Below the pieces are notes generated by a model that was not told the origin of the DNA, made no database searches, and saw only the letters and a list, made by a program, of their open reading frames with translations. A stretch of DNA of 58,204 nt from a bacterium. Its GTDB lineage: Bacteria > Zhuqueibacterota > Zhuqueibacteria > Oceanimicrobiales > Oceanimicrobiaceae. Numbering within the stretch: position 1 is the first letter of the stretch; every line of letters starts with the position of its first letter. A program made the position numbers and the translations under genes. This document shows positions 8,192 to 18,043 of this stretch, piece by piece. The stretch is from the NCBI GenBank assembly GCA_046757165.1, contig JBHHXT010000009.1, positions 1 through 58,204 of the forward strand, read 5' to 3'.

Positions 8192-10918
8192 TTACACCGT
8201 CAACTGAATCTTCTCAATCCGCGCGGCCAGCTTCTTGTAATCCGCCTGCCCGGAGACGGGATCGAAGGCGCGGTGTGACACGGCATTGACCAGCCAGCGG
8301 TTCTGCTTCGGGTCCGAGCTGTCGGCCACGGACAGATTCCAGGGCGAAAAGAGCTGACCTTCAGCGACCAGGTTGCGCGCTGGCCGGATCCTGCTGTTCA
8401 AGCCAATGGAAACCCGGGCCTCGTAGCTGCCACGGCGCGTGCTAATCCGCACCCAATCGCCATCTTGCAGGCCGTGACGCCTGGCGTCGTTTTCGTGCAT
8501 TTCGACATATTGTTCCATGACCAGCCTGCGTGTCGTGGCAGCACGCACGGTTTTGGCCGTATGGAAATGTTCATAGACCACGCCAAGATTGAGCCAGAAC
8601 GGAAACTTGTCCTTTGGCACCCGGTCGCCCGGAACTGTTGCGTACTCGAGGTCGGGCATGTCCGGCGTCAAGCCATAGTCCCTGACCTTCTTGATCAGCT
8701 CCATGTTGTTGATGATCAAGAAATTCTTGTCCACGCCAACTTTGCGCAAATCTGCCATGACTTCCGGATATTTTGAATAATCCTGGTGGCACAGTTTGAA
8801 GTTGGCTTTGCCACTGGGGGTGCGGAAGGCGCCGTACGGTTTATCTTTCCACCCCTTTTCCTGCCCCAGGTACCGTCTCGAGGTACCGCCGGCGAGTGCG
8901 ATTTCCGCGGTTGGCGCCGGCCACTGAACGCCACGCAGCTCACGCAAGATTTGATACGGCTCCACTCCCTCGAGCTCGGCAGCTTTCACCACGCCAGAAA
9001 AATCAGCATCGCTGCCTTCGCTGGCCCGGGCGATTTCCACGAAGATTTCCTGCACATCATAGAACCCTTTTTCGTTCTTTCTGTATGGAAAAAGTTTCTT
9101 CCCGTCCATGCCGAGCAAATTGGCGATGTGAATCCCTTTGTCGATGACGATATCGAGGTCCGGCTTGCACCCCGGCGGCGGCTCGGCAGCCTTGTCCGTG
9201 ACATACATTCTGCGCTCCGATTGCACATAGACGCCGCCACATTCTCCCCAGGTGGCGGCCGGGAAGATGACGTCCGCGTAGAGATTGTTCGGCGCATGCC
9301 GGTAGATCTCCTGCACCACCACAAACATATTGTCGAGCGCGGGCCGCACCAGCGTCTCTGTTTCCGGCAAGTCGATGTGTGTGGCGTAGATCAAGAACAT
9401 ACCGCGGACTTTTCTGGGGTCATCATCCGGGAGCAGGCCGCGTTCCATCATACCGACCGCATAGCCCGGGTTGGTGGAATCTGCCACTTGTTTTAGCTTT
9501 TCAACCGGCACATTCCAGAGTCGAGAGAAAAGCTCTATTCCTTTCTCGTTGTACTTGCCGCCGGCTTTCAACCCCTGGTTGAACGGCAGTCTGCCGGTCA
9601 AGCCGCCGGTCAAGCGCTCTCCCATGGCGTTCGGCTGCCCGGTTTGCGAGTGGGGCCCGCAGCCGGGCCGGCCGATGTTGCCGGTCAGCAGGTGCAGATT
9701 GATGATGCTGATGACATTGTGCTGGCCATGGATGCTCTGGTTGTAACCGATGCCCCACCAGGTCAGCACCCCGCCGGTGCCGCGCTTGTTGCCTTTTCGC
9801 GTGGCTTTAGCCCATTCCCGCGCGATTCTTTGTACAAACGAAACAGGCAAGCCGGTCACGGCGCGCGTTTTACGGGGATCATATTTCGCTCTGACCCCGT
9901 CGACGTACTCTTTCCAGCCGGTAGTGTGCTTCTTCATGAACTCCCACGCAATGACGTCCTGATGTTCGGTGAGCAGGACGTAGGCGATGTTGTTGAGCAA
10001 GGTAATGTCGGCGTTGGGTTTGATCTGGGCATGATAGGAGTTGTCCGGGCTCACGTCTTCAAATCCCTGTACCGTCCCCGTGCGGCGTGGGTCCACCACC
10101 AGGGTTGGAATGCCGGCACTTTTTTTGTAGTCCGCCACCCGCCAGAAGATAATGGGATGCGCCTCACGCGGATTGTGGCCCCAGAAGGAGATGAAATCAC
10201 ACATCTCGGCGTCTTCGTAGCATGTGGGCGGAGCGTCTGAGCCGAGCGTTTTGAAATAGGCGGTGACGGCGCTGGTCATGCACATTCTCGCGTTGGCTTC
10301 CATGGTGTTGGAGCCGACCACGGCCTTCATGAATTTGTTTTCGAGATACTGCCCCTCGAGGGTCAACTGCCCGGAGCCGTAGAGGCCGATACAGTTGCCG
10401 CCATATTTTTTCACCAGGTGCGCGATTTTGTGCGCCGTCATCTCGCTCGCTTCGTCGTAGGAGACCACCTGCCACAGGTCGTCTTCGAATCCGCCTTTGG
10501 TTTTGGAGGTGAATTCCAGGTTGCCATGACCGGATTTTTTCCATTCAGCCCAGGTGTCCTTTCGCACCAGCACGTCGGTCAGCCGGTCGATATAGATGGG
10601 TTCGTTTGCGGTCAACCCTTTGATGCATTGCATGCCTTTGTTGGTGGGGTGGTTTTTGTCCGGCACCATGCCGACGATCTTGCCATTCTCGACCTGAATC
10701 ATCGTGCCGCAGCCGACGCCGCAGTAGGGACAGGCGGAAAGAAAGTTGGTTGTTTGCGTCGGTGCGGTCGCTGCCGCTGCAACCTTGATCTCCGACTCCC
10801 TGCCTTTGCAGCCAACGACGTTAGCGGCTGTGATAGCGGACATGGAGGCGGTGGCTTGCAAGAATTTCCGTCTGGTCAGGGTCCAGAGCCTGGTGGGTTT
10901 TGGGGGAGTTGATGCCAT
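8192..10918 (-). CDS. napA: Molybdopterin nitrate reductase catalytic subunit (NapA/Nas family), Tat-exported, probable lipoprotein
   Basis: TRRKFLQ Tat motif; VVGC lipobox; CPYCGVGC...C FeS motif; GSGQ; NARMCMTSA Mo-ligand Cys; TGQPNAMG; AGGAGG RBS; upstream of napGH. Confidence 0.8.
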   Translation of the reverse strand: MASTPPKPTRLWTLTRRKFLQATASMSAITAANVVGCKGRESEIKVAAAATAPTQTTNFLSACPYCGVGCGTMIQVENGKIVGMVPDKNHPTNKGMQCIKGLTANEPIYIDRLTDVLVRKDTWAEWKKSGHGNLEFTSKTKGGFEDDLWQVVSYDEASEMTAHKIAHLVKKYGGNCIGLYGSGQLTLEGQYLENKFMKAVVGSNTMEANARMCMTSAVTAYFKTLGSDAPPTCYEDAEMCDFISFWGHNPREAHPIIFWRVADYKKSAGIPTLVVDPRRTGTVQGFEDVSPDNSYHAQIKPNADITLLNNIAYVLLTEHQDVIAWEFMKKHTTGWKEYVDGVRAKYDPRKTRAVTGLPVSFVQRIAREWAKATRKGNKRGTGGVLTWWGIGYNQSIHGQHNVISIINLHLLTGNIGRPGCGPHSQTGQPNAMGERLTGGLTGRLPFNQGLKAGGKYNEKGIELFSRLWNVPVEKLKQVADSTNPGYAVGMMERGLLPDDDPRKVRGMFLIYATHIDLPETETLVRPALDNMFVVVQEIYRHAPNNLYADVIFPAATWGECGGVYVQSERRMYVTDKAAEPPPGCKPDLDIVIDKGIHIANLLGMDGKKLFPYRKNEKGFYDVQEIFVEIARASEGSDADFSGVVKAAELEGVEPYQILRELRGVQWPAPTAEIALAGGTSRRYLGQEKGWKDKPYGAFRTPSGKANFKLCHQDYSKYPEVMADLRKVGVDKNFLIINNMELIKKVRDYGLTPDMPDLEYATVPGDRVPKDKFPFWLNLGVVYEHFHTAKTVRAATTRRLVMEQYVEMHENDARRHGLQDGDWVRISTRRGSYEARVSIGLNSRIRPARNLVAEGQLFSPWNLSVADSSDPKQNRWLVNAVSHRAFDPVSGQADYKKLAARIEKIQLTV

Positions 10919-10934
10919 GATTGTCCTCCTGTTG

Positions 10935-10984
10935 CCATCCCACCGCAGTGCGGTCGCGTTTGCAGGGAACTGCGGTGGGAATGG
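10935..10984 (-). promoter_or_regulatory. Strong stem-loop in the napA leader
   Basis: 12-bp perfect stem TCCCACCGCAGT/ACTGCGGTGGGA just upstream of the RBS. Confidence 0.5.
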
Positions 10985-11057
10985 ATGATCGATAGTATTA
11001 CACTACATCTCATCCTTTGCATTTTTTGGCAAAAGATGAATCACAATAAACAATTAA

Positions 11058-13100
11058 TTAATGTTCAAACGCGATGACTTGTTTTTGCCATGTACGGATG
11101 TATGCGACAATATCATTGATCTGCTCTGCGTCGAGCTCCTCATAGCCCTGGGCCCCTTTGGCCCAGGAGCGCATGGCTGTGCCTGATCTGCCCAGGGCAA
11201 TGGTGGCCTGCAGAAAGCCATCGGTGGCGGCGTTGAGGAATTCCTGGTTGTTGAGAGCCGGCCCGTGTTTGCCTTCGCCGTTGACGCCGTGGCAGCCGGC
11301 GCACATGCTCTCGTACAGAACCTTGCCTCGTGTCGGGGTACCAGGCGTGATGTTGGTATAAATGGCCTCTCTTTTTACATCCTCCTGACTCCGCATATAC
11401 GCAACGATATCTTTCAGTTCACGGTCGGCGAGCTGCTCCATGCCTTGAAACCTTTTGGACCAGCTCCGCATCGCGCTCCGACTTCTGCCGCGCGAAATCG
11501 AGCGCAGGATAAATTCATCAGAGGCGGCGCTCAGAAAATCCTTGTTCAAAATAGCGGGACCGACCGAACCCTGGCCATATCGACCGTGACAGCCGACGCA
11601 CATCGAATTGAAGAGCATCCGTCCGTTTTCAACATTGCCAATGATTCTTCTGGCGGAAAGTTGTCTGGGCGCGCTGTTTTGCCAACTGCGCATGAACGCG
11701 ATCAAGTTGGCCACCTCGCGCGCTGAGAGCTGCGACCAGGAGGGCATGGCGGTATTCCTGCGTCCCTCCACGATGGTCTTGTACAGAAACATATCCGAAG
11801 CGATGGTGAGCAAATCCTGATTGTTGAGAGACGGGCCGATGCCGCCCTCGCCGTTGGCGCCATGACAGATTCCGCAGCGAGAACGGAACAGTTTGCGACC
11901 GGTTTCGGCATCTCCGCCGGCCGCGTTCACCCGGGCAAACGTGGGCGGCTTCGGCTTCCACCGCCGGATCAGATCCACCAGGGCGGTGATTTCAGCGCCG
12001 GATAAGCCGCCGTGGGCCGCCGCCCATGAGGACATGTTCCGGCCGCTGCGGCCATTTGCAATGGTGAACTCGATCATCTCGTCGGAGGCCACAGCCAGAA
12101 AATCCGGGTTGTTCAAAGCCGGCACGCTGGCCTGGAAAACCCGGTAGTCTTTGCCCGCTCCCTTTTTGCCGTGGCAAACCGCGCACATGACCGCATAAGC
12201 TTCCGCTGGCGCGAAAGGCTTGCGCCGGCCTTTGAATTCTGCGATTGGGTCGAGTGAATAGTAACTCGAGGCGAACTCTGGCTGATATAACGCCATCGTG
12301 AAGGTGATGAGCGCATCCATTTCATCCGCGCTCAACTCGATTGGCGGCATCTCGGAGCTGCCGGAGACTTTCTGCGGGTTGAGAAAATGCTCCAGCAGCC
12401 AGTTCTGCACGGTGTGTTCATCTTCGATGTTCTTGAAGCTATACTCGTGTTTGGTCTTGCTACCGTGGTCGGTCAGATCCGGCCCGACACTGCCGCCGAC
12501 GTCGCGCACGCTGTGACACCCAAAGCAGCCCTCCCGGTAGAAAATCGCTCTGCCCCGAATCAAGACCTCTGCCCCGGCAAGGGTTTGCTGCCGGTCGAAT
12601 ACCGCCAGGTGGCATTTGCCGCAGGAGGATTGGACGTAGTCGAGCGGCAGCACCGGATAGTCCCAGTGCACATCTTCGTCGCGTGCAAAGACGTTCTTGA
12701 TGGCCAGGGCCCGGTCCTGGCCGCCGTGACAGATGCTGCAGCCGAATTTGTCGATCGGGTGGTTTTGAACATAATCTCCCGGGTGACGCGCATGCGGTGG
12801 CACCTGGTCGGCCATTCTGGGATCCTCGATGCCGTTGTGGCAGGTGATGCACCGGTCGACGCGGTTGAAATCGTCCAGAATGAGCTGCTTGATTTCAATT
12901 GGGAAGTCCTCAGCCATGGCGCGCTCTTTGTCGGTTTCGGCTTTGGAGACAAGAATTTCCTTGTACTCCTGCTGATGATTTTTCCACTCGCGCAAGAAGT
13001 TTTCCTCAATGGCTGCCATGCCGAAAAACACGATGCAGACCAGGCTGCCGGCGATGGTCAGTTTTTTGTAGAGTCGGTCATAGTGGTGCTCGAGGTTCAA
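11058..13100 (-). CDS. Membrane-anchored octaheme cytochrome c
   Basis: Eight CxxCH (CITCH, CSICH, CGKCH, CFGCH, CAVCH, CGICH, CVGCH, CAGCH); N-terminal TM helix; TTG start with AAGGGAG RBS. Confidence 0.92.
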   Translation of the reverse strand: MNLEHHYDRLYKKLTIAGSLVCIVFFGMAAIEENFLREWKNHQQEYKEILVSKAETDKERAMAEDFPIEIKQLILDDFNRVDRCITCHNGIEDPRMADQVPPHARHPGDYVQNHPIDKFGCSICHGGQDRALAIKNVFARDEDVHWDYPVLPLDYVQSSCGKCHLAVFDRQQTLAGAEVLIRGRAIFYREGCFGCHSVRDVGGSVGPDLTDHGSKTKHEYSFKNIEDEHTVQNWLLEHFLNPQKVSGSSEMPPIELSADEMDALITFTMALYQPEFASSYYSLDPIAEFKGRRKPFAPAEAYAVMCAVCHGKKGAGKDYRVFQASVPALNNPDFLAVASDEMIEFTIANGRSGRNMSSWAAAHGGLSGAEITALVDLIRRWKPKPPTFARVNAAGGDAETGRKLFRSRCGICHGANGEGGIGPSLNNQDLLTIASDMFLYKTIVEGRRNTAMPSWSQLSAREVANLIAFMRSWQNSAPRQLSARRIIGNVENGRMLFNSMCVGCHGRYGQGSVGPAILNKDFLSAASDEFILRSISRGRSRSAMRSWSKRFQGMEQLADRELKDIVAYMRSQEDVKREAIYTNITPGTPTRGKVLYESMCAGCHGVNGEGKHGPALNNQEFLNAATDGFLQATIALGRSGTAMRSWAKGAQGYEELDAEQINDIVAYIRTWQKQVIAFEH

Positions 13101-13213
13101 TGCGGTTCTCCCTTGATTTCTTAAGGTTCCTATTCATTCTGCGGCCCGGGCCGTATTCCACACCGATTGCAACGATTCAGGTGATAGACTGTAGACTGTT
13201 AGACTGTTAGGCG

Positions 13214-13316
13214 CTGAGTTCTAAAGTCTTGACGTTTTTTGGCAAGACTTTAGAACTCAGGGCTGCTGATGACGCTATTATGTAAGTTACAGCGACAATT
13301 TTTTTCTAAACTTTTC
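13214..13316. repeat. 103-bp dispersed hairpin-containing element, copy 2
   Basis: Near-identical to 819-921. Confidence 0.85.
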
Positions 13317-13665
13317 AAAAAACCTGTTTGGTTCCGGCTCGTCCGGCTTAAGCTTGAGCAATACTCTAATCAAAGCGCCTAAAATTATTTTGTCTCTACA
13401 ATTCATAGTCGCCTTCACTTTCTCTTGCACATCCTTCGATCCCGAAGCTCAAACGCCGGGATTCGATGGAACCGAAACCGCAACTCTTCTCATCTTCCTA
13501 CGGCCCAAACGTCTACAGCCTATCGGTCTGAATAGCTACCACGGATTTCTCAAGTCACATCAAGATATTCCTCCGTGTGGTTTTTTGATCCGCGTGGACC
13601 AAACATCGACAAAGTTTTGTCAACAAGGCGCTGTAAGCGCCTCAGATCATCCATGACCCGGGGAC

Positions 13666-15228
13666 TCAATGCACCGGCCATTGCGATGGGGACCAGTAGA
13701 AATCCCAGTTTGGTCCTCTAAAATAGGTGCCCATCACGGTTAAAATCAAAAAGCCGACAATGAAACAGGTAAACAAAGCAATGGCTGCCATGCGAGTCGA
13801 CCCGGAGAATCTCAGGGTGTGCAACGACCACCAGGCAAAGATGAGCACGATAAAAGAGCCCGGGTTGACGAACACGATAACGATCTGCGGAATGTGCGGG
13901 AACCAGTTGCGCAGCCAGCCAAACTCGACGGTCAAGGCCAACAAACCAATCAGGAAGAGCGACGAAAAAATCGCCGATTTGATGGCCACGCTCTTGCCCG
14001 GACCTCCCGAAAACCAGACACCGAAATCCCGATCTTCTTTGTCGAGAAACGGGATGAGCATCAAGCCAACCAGCACAATGGTCGGGATGCCGATGCCGCC
14101 CATGAACGCCGAATAGGAAACAAGCTCCTGCAGGCCGAGGAAATACCACGGTGCCTTGGCCGGATTTTCAGGAATGGCAGGATTCGCGATCTCCTTCAGC
14201 GGTGCATCAAAGAAGTAGGCCAGAACCGTCATGACCGCCATCGTCAGCATGAAGACGGCGACCTCGGCCCAAACGCCGGTGGGCCAGGTCATGATAGTGT
14301 TATCAGGACCGCCGTTGAGTTGCGGCGACTTGCCTTTGACCAACGCCATCAACCCATAGGTCTTGTTGGGGTTGAGATTGAACTCGCCCTTTTGATGGGT
14401 GCCCGGAACCGTTTCACCCCCTTCCTGCGCGCGGATGATTTCGTCGGCATTGTCCGGCCGCGACAGCCCGCCATCTTTGCGAATCCGCCAGAAATGCACC
14501 CCGACCACCGTGATGAGCGCGATGGGCAGGACCATGACGTGCAGCAGGTAGAATCGCGTCAATGCTTCCTGTCCGACCGTGTTGCCGCCAATTAAGAGCT
14601 GCTTCGAGAAAGCCCCGACGTCAAAATACTCCGTCAGTCCCAGAGCGTCGGTCAGCTCTCGCGGCGAGGCGGCGATATTGGCGCCGATGGTGACGGCCCA
14701 ATAAGCGAGCTGGTCCCACGGCAGCAGATAACCGGTGTAGCTCAGCATCAGCGTCATGACCAGAAGCGCCATGCCGATGACCCAGTTGAAGTTGCGACCG
14801 CGCTTGTAGGAGCCGGTGTAAAATACGCGCACCATGTGCAGCAGCACGGCGAACACCATCCCGTGGGCTGCCCAGCGATGGATATTGCGCATGTACTTGC
14901 CCGTGGCCACAACAAAACTGATGTCCCGCACGTTGTCGTAGGCCAATCCCGTCGTTGGGTTGTAGTAGACCATCAGCAGGATGCCCGTCACGCACAGGAT
15001 GAGAAAAAGAAAGAAGGATATCAGCCCGAGCCCCAGGGTGTACCAGGGCTTCAGACTATATTTGTGGATGCGCGCCGATTGAATGTGCAAAAAGAAATTC
15101 TGAAAGATAGCCTGAGACTTCTCCCGGTCGGAGCTCGGCGGCCATTCATATCGTCGAACCGACTTCTTGACTGAGGTTTTGATGTCTTTGACATTGTCAA
15201 TAAATGTCTTGAGACCCTTTTCATCCAT
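13666..15228 (-). CDS. Cytochrome b of a Rieske/cytb complex (cyt b6 and subunit IV fused)
   Basis: RNIHRWAAH...LHMVRVF, TGYLLPWDQ, FYLLH-x14-HFW, NPAKAPWYFLGLQE; start MDEKG at 15228. Confidence 0.92.
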   Translation of the reverse strand: MDEKGLKTFIDNVKDIKTSVKKSVRRYEWPPSSDREKSQAIFQNFFLHIQSARIHKYSLKPWYTLGLGLISFFLFLILCVTGILLMVYYNPTTGLAYDNVRDISFVVATGKYMRNIHRWAAHGMVFAVLLHMVRVFYTGSYKRGRNFNWVIGMALLVMTLMLSYTGYLLPWDQLAYWAVTIGANIAASPRELTDALGLTEYFDVGAFSKQLLIGGNTVGQEALTRFYLLHVMVLPIALITVVGVHFWRIRKDGGLSRPDNADEIIRAQEGGETVPGTHQKGEFNLNPNKTYGLMALVKGKSPQLNGGPDNTIMTWPTGVWAEVAVFMLTMAVMTVLAYFFDAPLKEIANPAIPENPAKAPWYFLGLQELVSYSAFMGGIGIPTIVLVGLMLIPFLDKEDRDFGVWFSGGPGKSVAIKSAIFSSLFLIGLLALTVEFGWLRNWFPHIPQIVIVFVNPGSFIVLIFAWWSLHTLRFSGSTRMAAIALFTCFIVGFLILTVMGTYFRGPNWDFYWSPSQWPVH

Positions 15229-15260
15229 TGGGGGGGCTCCTGTTTTGCTTTTAGAGCGAC

Positions 15261-15734
15261 TCAAACCACGTAAATGTCGTCTGGCTTGACCTTCTTGTTC
15301 AGATCGATTGTCAATTGGCCATCCGGACTTTGACCTATCTTCAGCCATTCCAGTGCCTTTGGCGCCGGGCCGCCTGTCACGTTGCCCTGTTGGTCGAATT
15401 TGGACCCATGGCATGGGCAAGAGAAGCCCCAATCCATTTTCGAAACAATACACCCTAAGTGCGTGCACACCGCTGACAAAGCCCGGAAGCCCGTCTGGTC
15501 CCGCAGCACAAAGACGTTTTTTTCCGGGATGGCTTTGTAAGTATTGACCCCAAAGTCAGAGGGGTAGCCAATCTTGAACAGACTCGGCGGCTCGTTGAGA
15601 ACTTTGGGCAGCGGCAGTTGAATGGTTCCGATAAAAGCCATCGAGCCGGCGCCGATCAGCGAGCCGACAGCAACCTTACCGAGAAAATCTCTGCGACTCA
15701 TCTCGCCGTTTTCGTTTTGTCTTTGATCGTTCAT
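15261..15734 (-). CDS. Rieske 2Fe-2S subunit
   Basis: SRRDFL Tat anchor; CTHLGC and CPCHGS; ATGA overlap with upstream gene; GGAGG RBS. Confidence 0.95.
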   Translation of the reverse strand: MNDQRQNENGEMSRRDFLGKVAVGSLIGAGSMAFIGTIQLPLPKVLNEPPSLFKIGYPSDFGVNTYKAIPEKNVFVLRDQTGFRALSAVCTHLGCIVSKMDWGFSCPCHGSKFDQQGNVTGGPAPKALEWLKIGQSPDGQLTIDLNKKVKPDDIYVV

Positions 15735-17605
15735 GCGAACGCCTCCGTAAAATTGAAAGCTTCCATCGTGATGGCACCAACCGGACAGCGCTGGGCACAA
15801 AGTCCGCAACGGATGCAAATTGTTTCGTCTTTGATGATGGCCCCGCCCTCTGAAAGCGGCATGTCGTCGTAACGGGTTTGCAGAAGCTGCTCGATGTCGC
15901 TATTTCCAGCCAGGGCCGCGACCGGGACCAGCTTTAAGCACCCCTCCGGGCAGACATCCGCACAGCCGCCACAGAGAATGCACTTGTCGCCGTCGAAGAT
16001 GGTGTTGACCGAACAGTCAAAACAGCGGCTTCCCTGGCGCATGGCTTGCTCGGTCGTGAATCCCCTTTCGACGGTCAGGTTCATCGCTTGCTTGCGCTCC
16101 TCCGCCGGGAGAACCGGCACGCCCTCACGTCGAATCGACTCGAACCCGCTCTCCTTCGAGTAGCTGATAATCCGACGATGTGAGGCTCGTGTTTTGTCGA
16201 GAATCGGCTTCTTTTTCAAGTAGACATAGATTCTGCGCGCAGCTCGTTTCCCGCTGGCGATGGCATCGATCATCAAGGCCGGCCCGGTGGCAATGTCGCC
16301 GGCAGCAAACACATCTGCCGCCCGGGTTTGATTCAAAGACGCGTCCAGTTGCAACTGACCGCGCTCATTGAGCGCGATCTCTTTTGAATCGATAAACGAC
16401 AGGTCGCTCGCCTGGCCGATGGACAGGAGAACATTGTCCGCCTCCATGTCGATGGTTTGGCGTTCGTCGAATGTCGGCGCAAACTGCTTCTTTTCGTTGA
16501 ACACAGAGAGACAGCGCACAAAGCGCACGCCGCAAGCGCGCCCGGATTCGTCAACCAGAATCTCTTTCGGACCCCACGAGTTGTGCCGGACAACGCCTTC
16601 CTCCTCCCCCTCCTCGATTTCGCCGATCTCGGCGGGCATTTCGTGCAGGGACTCCAGGCAGAATAGATGCACTTCTTTGACACCCTTCTGGCGCAGAGCC
16701 GTGCGCGAGACGTCATATTCAGTTTGGCGAATCAGCGTGCGCGCGACGTCGTACGCCACATTGCCCCCGCCGATGACCACCAGCCTCTGTCCGAGCTCAA
16801 CTTCTTCTGCGAGCGCAACGTCGCGCAGAAACTCCACCCCTCCGTAGACTCCCGGAGCATCGATGTTCGGAATCGGGATTTTGCGCGATTTCTTGGCCCC
16901 CACCGCGATCAGGACAGCGGCGTGCTTAGCACGCAGCTCCTCCAGGGTGATATCACGTCCCACCTGCATATTGCACAGGATCTCGGTCCCCAGCGCTTTG
17001 ATGACCTCGACCTCAGCCTTGATCAGGTCGCGCGGCAGACGGTACTCGGGCACCCCCAGGTAAAGCATGCCAGCAGGCACGGGCTCCATTTCATAAATCA
17101 CTGGCTTGATGCCCATGAGACAGAGATCGTGTGCGGCCGCCAGACCCGCAGGCCCAGAGCCAACGATACCGACGGTGGGGGCGTCTTCCGAAAGCGGAGG
17201 GGGCGCAAAACGGGAAAGGAAGTTTTCAAATCGTTCCAGGCCCGAACAATCCCGGTTTGCCGCGGACAAATATTTCTTCAGAGCCTCGATGGGGCCTTTG
17301 TCAAACCGGGACGATTCAACGCCAAAACGCTCGGTGACAAAGCGCTTCAGGGCACGAATGGAGACGGCTGCGTCCAGGTCCAACCGCCGGCAGGCGGCTT
17401 CACACGGCGCCCCGCAAATCCGGCCGCAGATGGAGGCGAGCGGATTGGGGGCACGGGCGATCAGGTAGGCTTTTTCATAATCTCCTGCCGCAATGGCTCG
17501 CACATAACCTCTCGCGTCGGTGTGAACCGGGCACGCATTTTGACATTTTATCTGGCGCTTCCAGTAGTCTAAGTCCGGGATTTCAACAGAAAGTTTGGGA
17601 GTCAT
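15731..17605 (-). CDS. FAD/FeS NAD(P)H oxidoreductase (GltD/NfnB/DsrL family) with C-terminal ferredoxin domain
   Basis: [40 protein letters not shown], two CxxCxxCxxxCP; ATG 17605 preferred over GTG 17647. Confidence 0.9.
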   Translation of the reverse strand: MTPKLSVEIPDLDYWKRQIKCQNACPVHTDARGYVRAIAAGDYEKAYLIARAPNPLASICGRICGAPCEAACRRLDLDAAVSIRALKRFVTERFGVESSRFDKGPIEALKKYLSAANRDCSGLERFENFLSRFAPPPLSEDAPTVGIVGSGPAGLAAAHDLCLMGIKPVIYEMEPVPAGMLYLGVPEYRLPRDLIKAEVEVIKALGTEILCNMQVGRDITLEELRAKHAAVLIAVGAKKSRKIPIPNIDAPGVYGGVEFLRDVALAEEVELGQRLVVIGGGNVAYDVARTLIRQTEYDVSRTALRQKGVKEVHLFCLESLHEMPAEIGEIEEGEEEGVVRHNSWGPKEILVDESGRACGVRFVRCLSVFNEKKQFAPTFDERQTIDMEADNVLLSIGQASDLSFIDSKEIALNERGQLQLDASLNQTRAADVFAAGDIATGPALMIDAIASGKRAARRIYVYLKKKPILDKTRASHRRIISYSKESGFESIRREGVPVLPAEERKQAMNLTVERGFTTEQAMRQGSRCFDCSVNTIFDGDKCILCGGCADVCPEGCLKLVPVAALAGNSDIEQLLQTRYDDMPLSEGGAIIKDETICIRCGLCAQRCPVGAITMEAFNFTEAFA

Positions 17606-18043
17606 GCGACATCTTTTGATCTTAAACGTGCAGTCCTTTGGCGCCACCTTTCCAGGGATGCAACTGTGAGTAGCGGAGCTTTCCGTACCGGGTACTTCTT
17701 TGCATCATACAACACAGTCTCTGACTCTGTTTTGGTGTGCTGGCCCGCACCCCGGGCCTCAAATACACGGTCAGAGACGGTGTAGGATCGGTTCTTGATC
17801 ATACGATGCCAACTCTTGTAACGAAGTACTGGAAACGCCGGATTAACTTATTCTGTTTGATTGATTTGGCTAGATGGGGCGGTCCGAAAGGCTACGAGAA
17901 TACGTACGCGACACCTTTATGTCGCTACAATCTAAATCACGACATGAATGCGTGCTCCGCAATCTTACCGGTTTTTTGGGACAACCCCACTTGGAACCTA
18001 TTCTCTTCTTCAAACAAAGTGAATCAAACACTGAACCGAGGAC

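Noticed and set aside
8192..10918. Selenocysteine formate dehydrogenase
   Set aside because: The ORF is uninterrupted, and the Mo ligand is Cys followed by Met (CM, nitrate reductase type) rather than His
13354..13656. 100-aa plus-strand ORF
   Set aside because: TTG start, no recognisable motif, overlaps repeat elements and runs opposite to the operon
15731..17605. Glutamate synthase small subunit or DsrL
   Set aside because: No gltB or dsr genes are nearby, and the gene is coupled to the Rieske gene
17640..17665. Moco riboswitch
   Set aside because: Only a short TGGAAAGGTG resemblance was seen, without the other stems; it needs an Rfam scan
17795..17812. Sigma54 promoter or FNR box upstream of the flavoprotein
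   Set aside because: The minus-strand TGGCAT lacks GC at -12, and TTGAT lacks the ATCAA half-site
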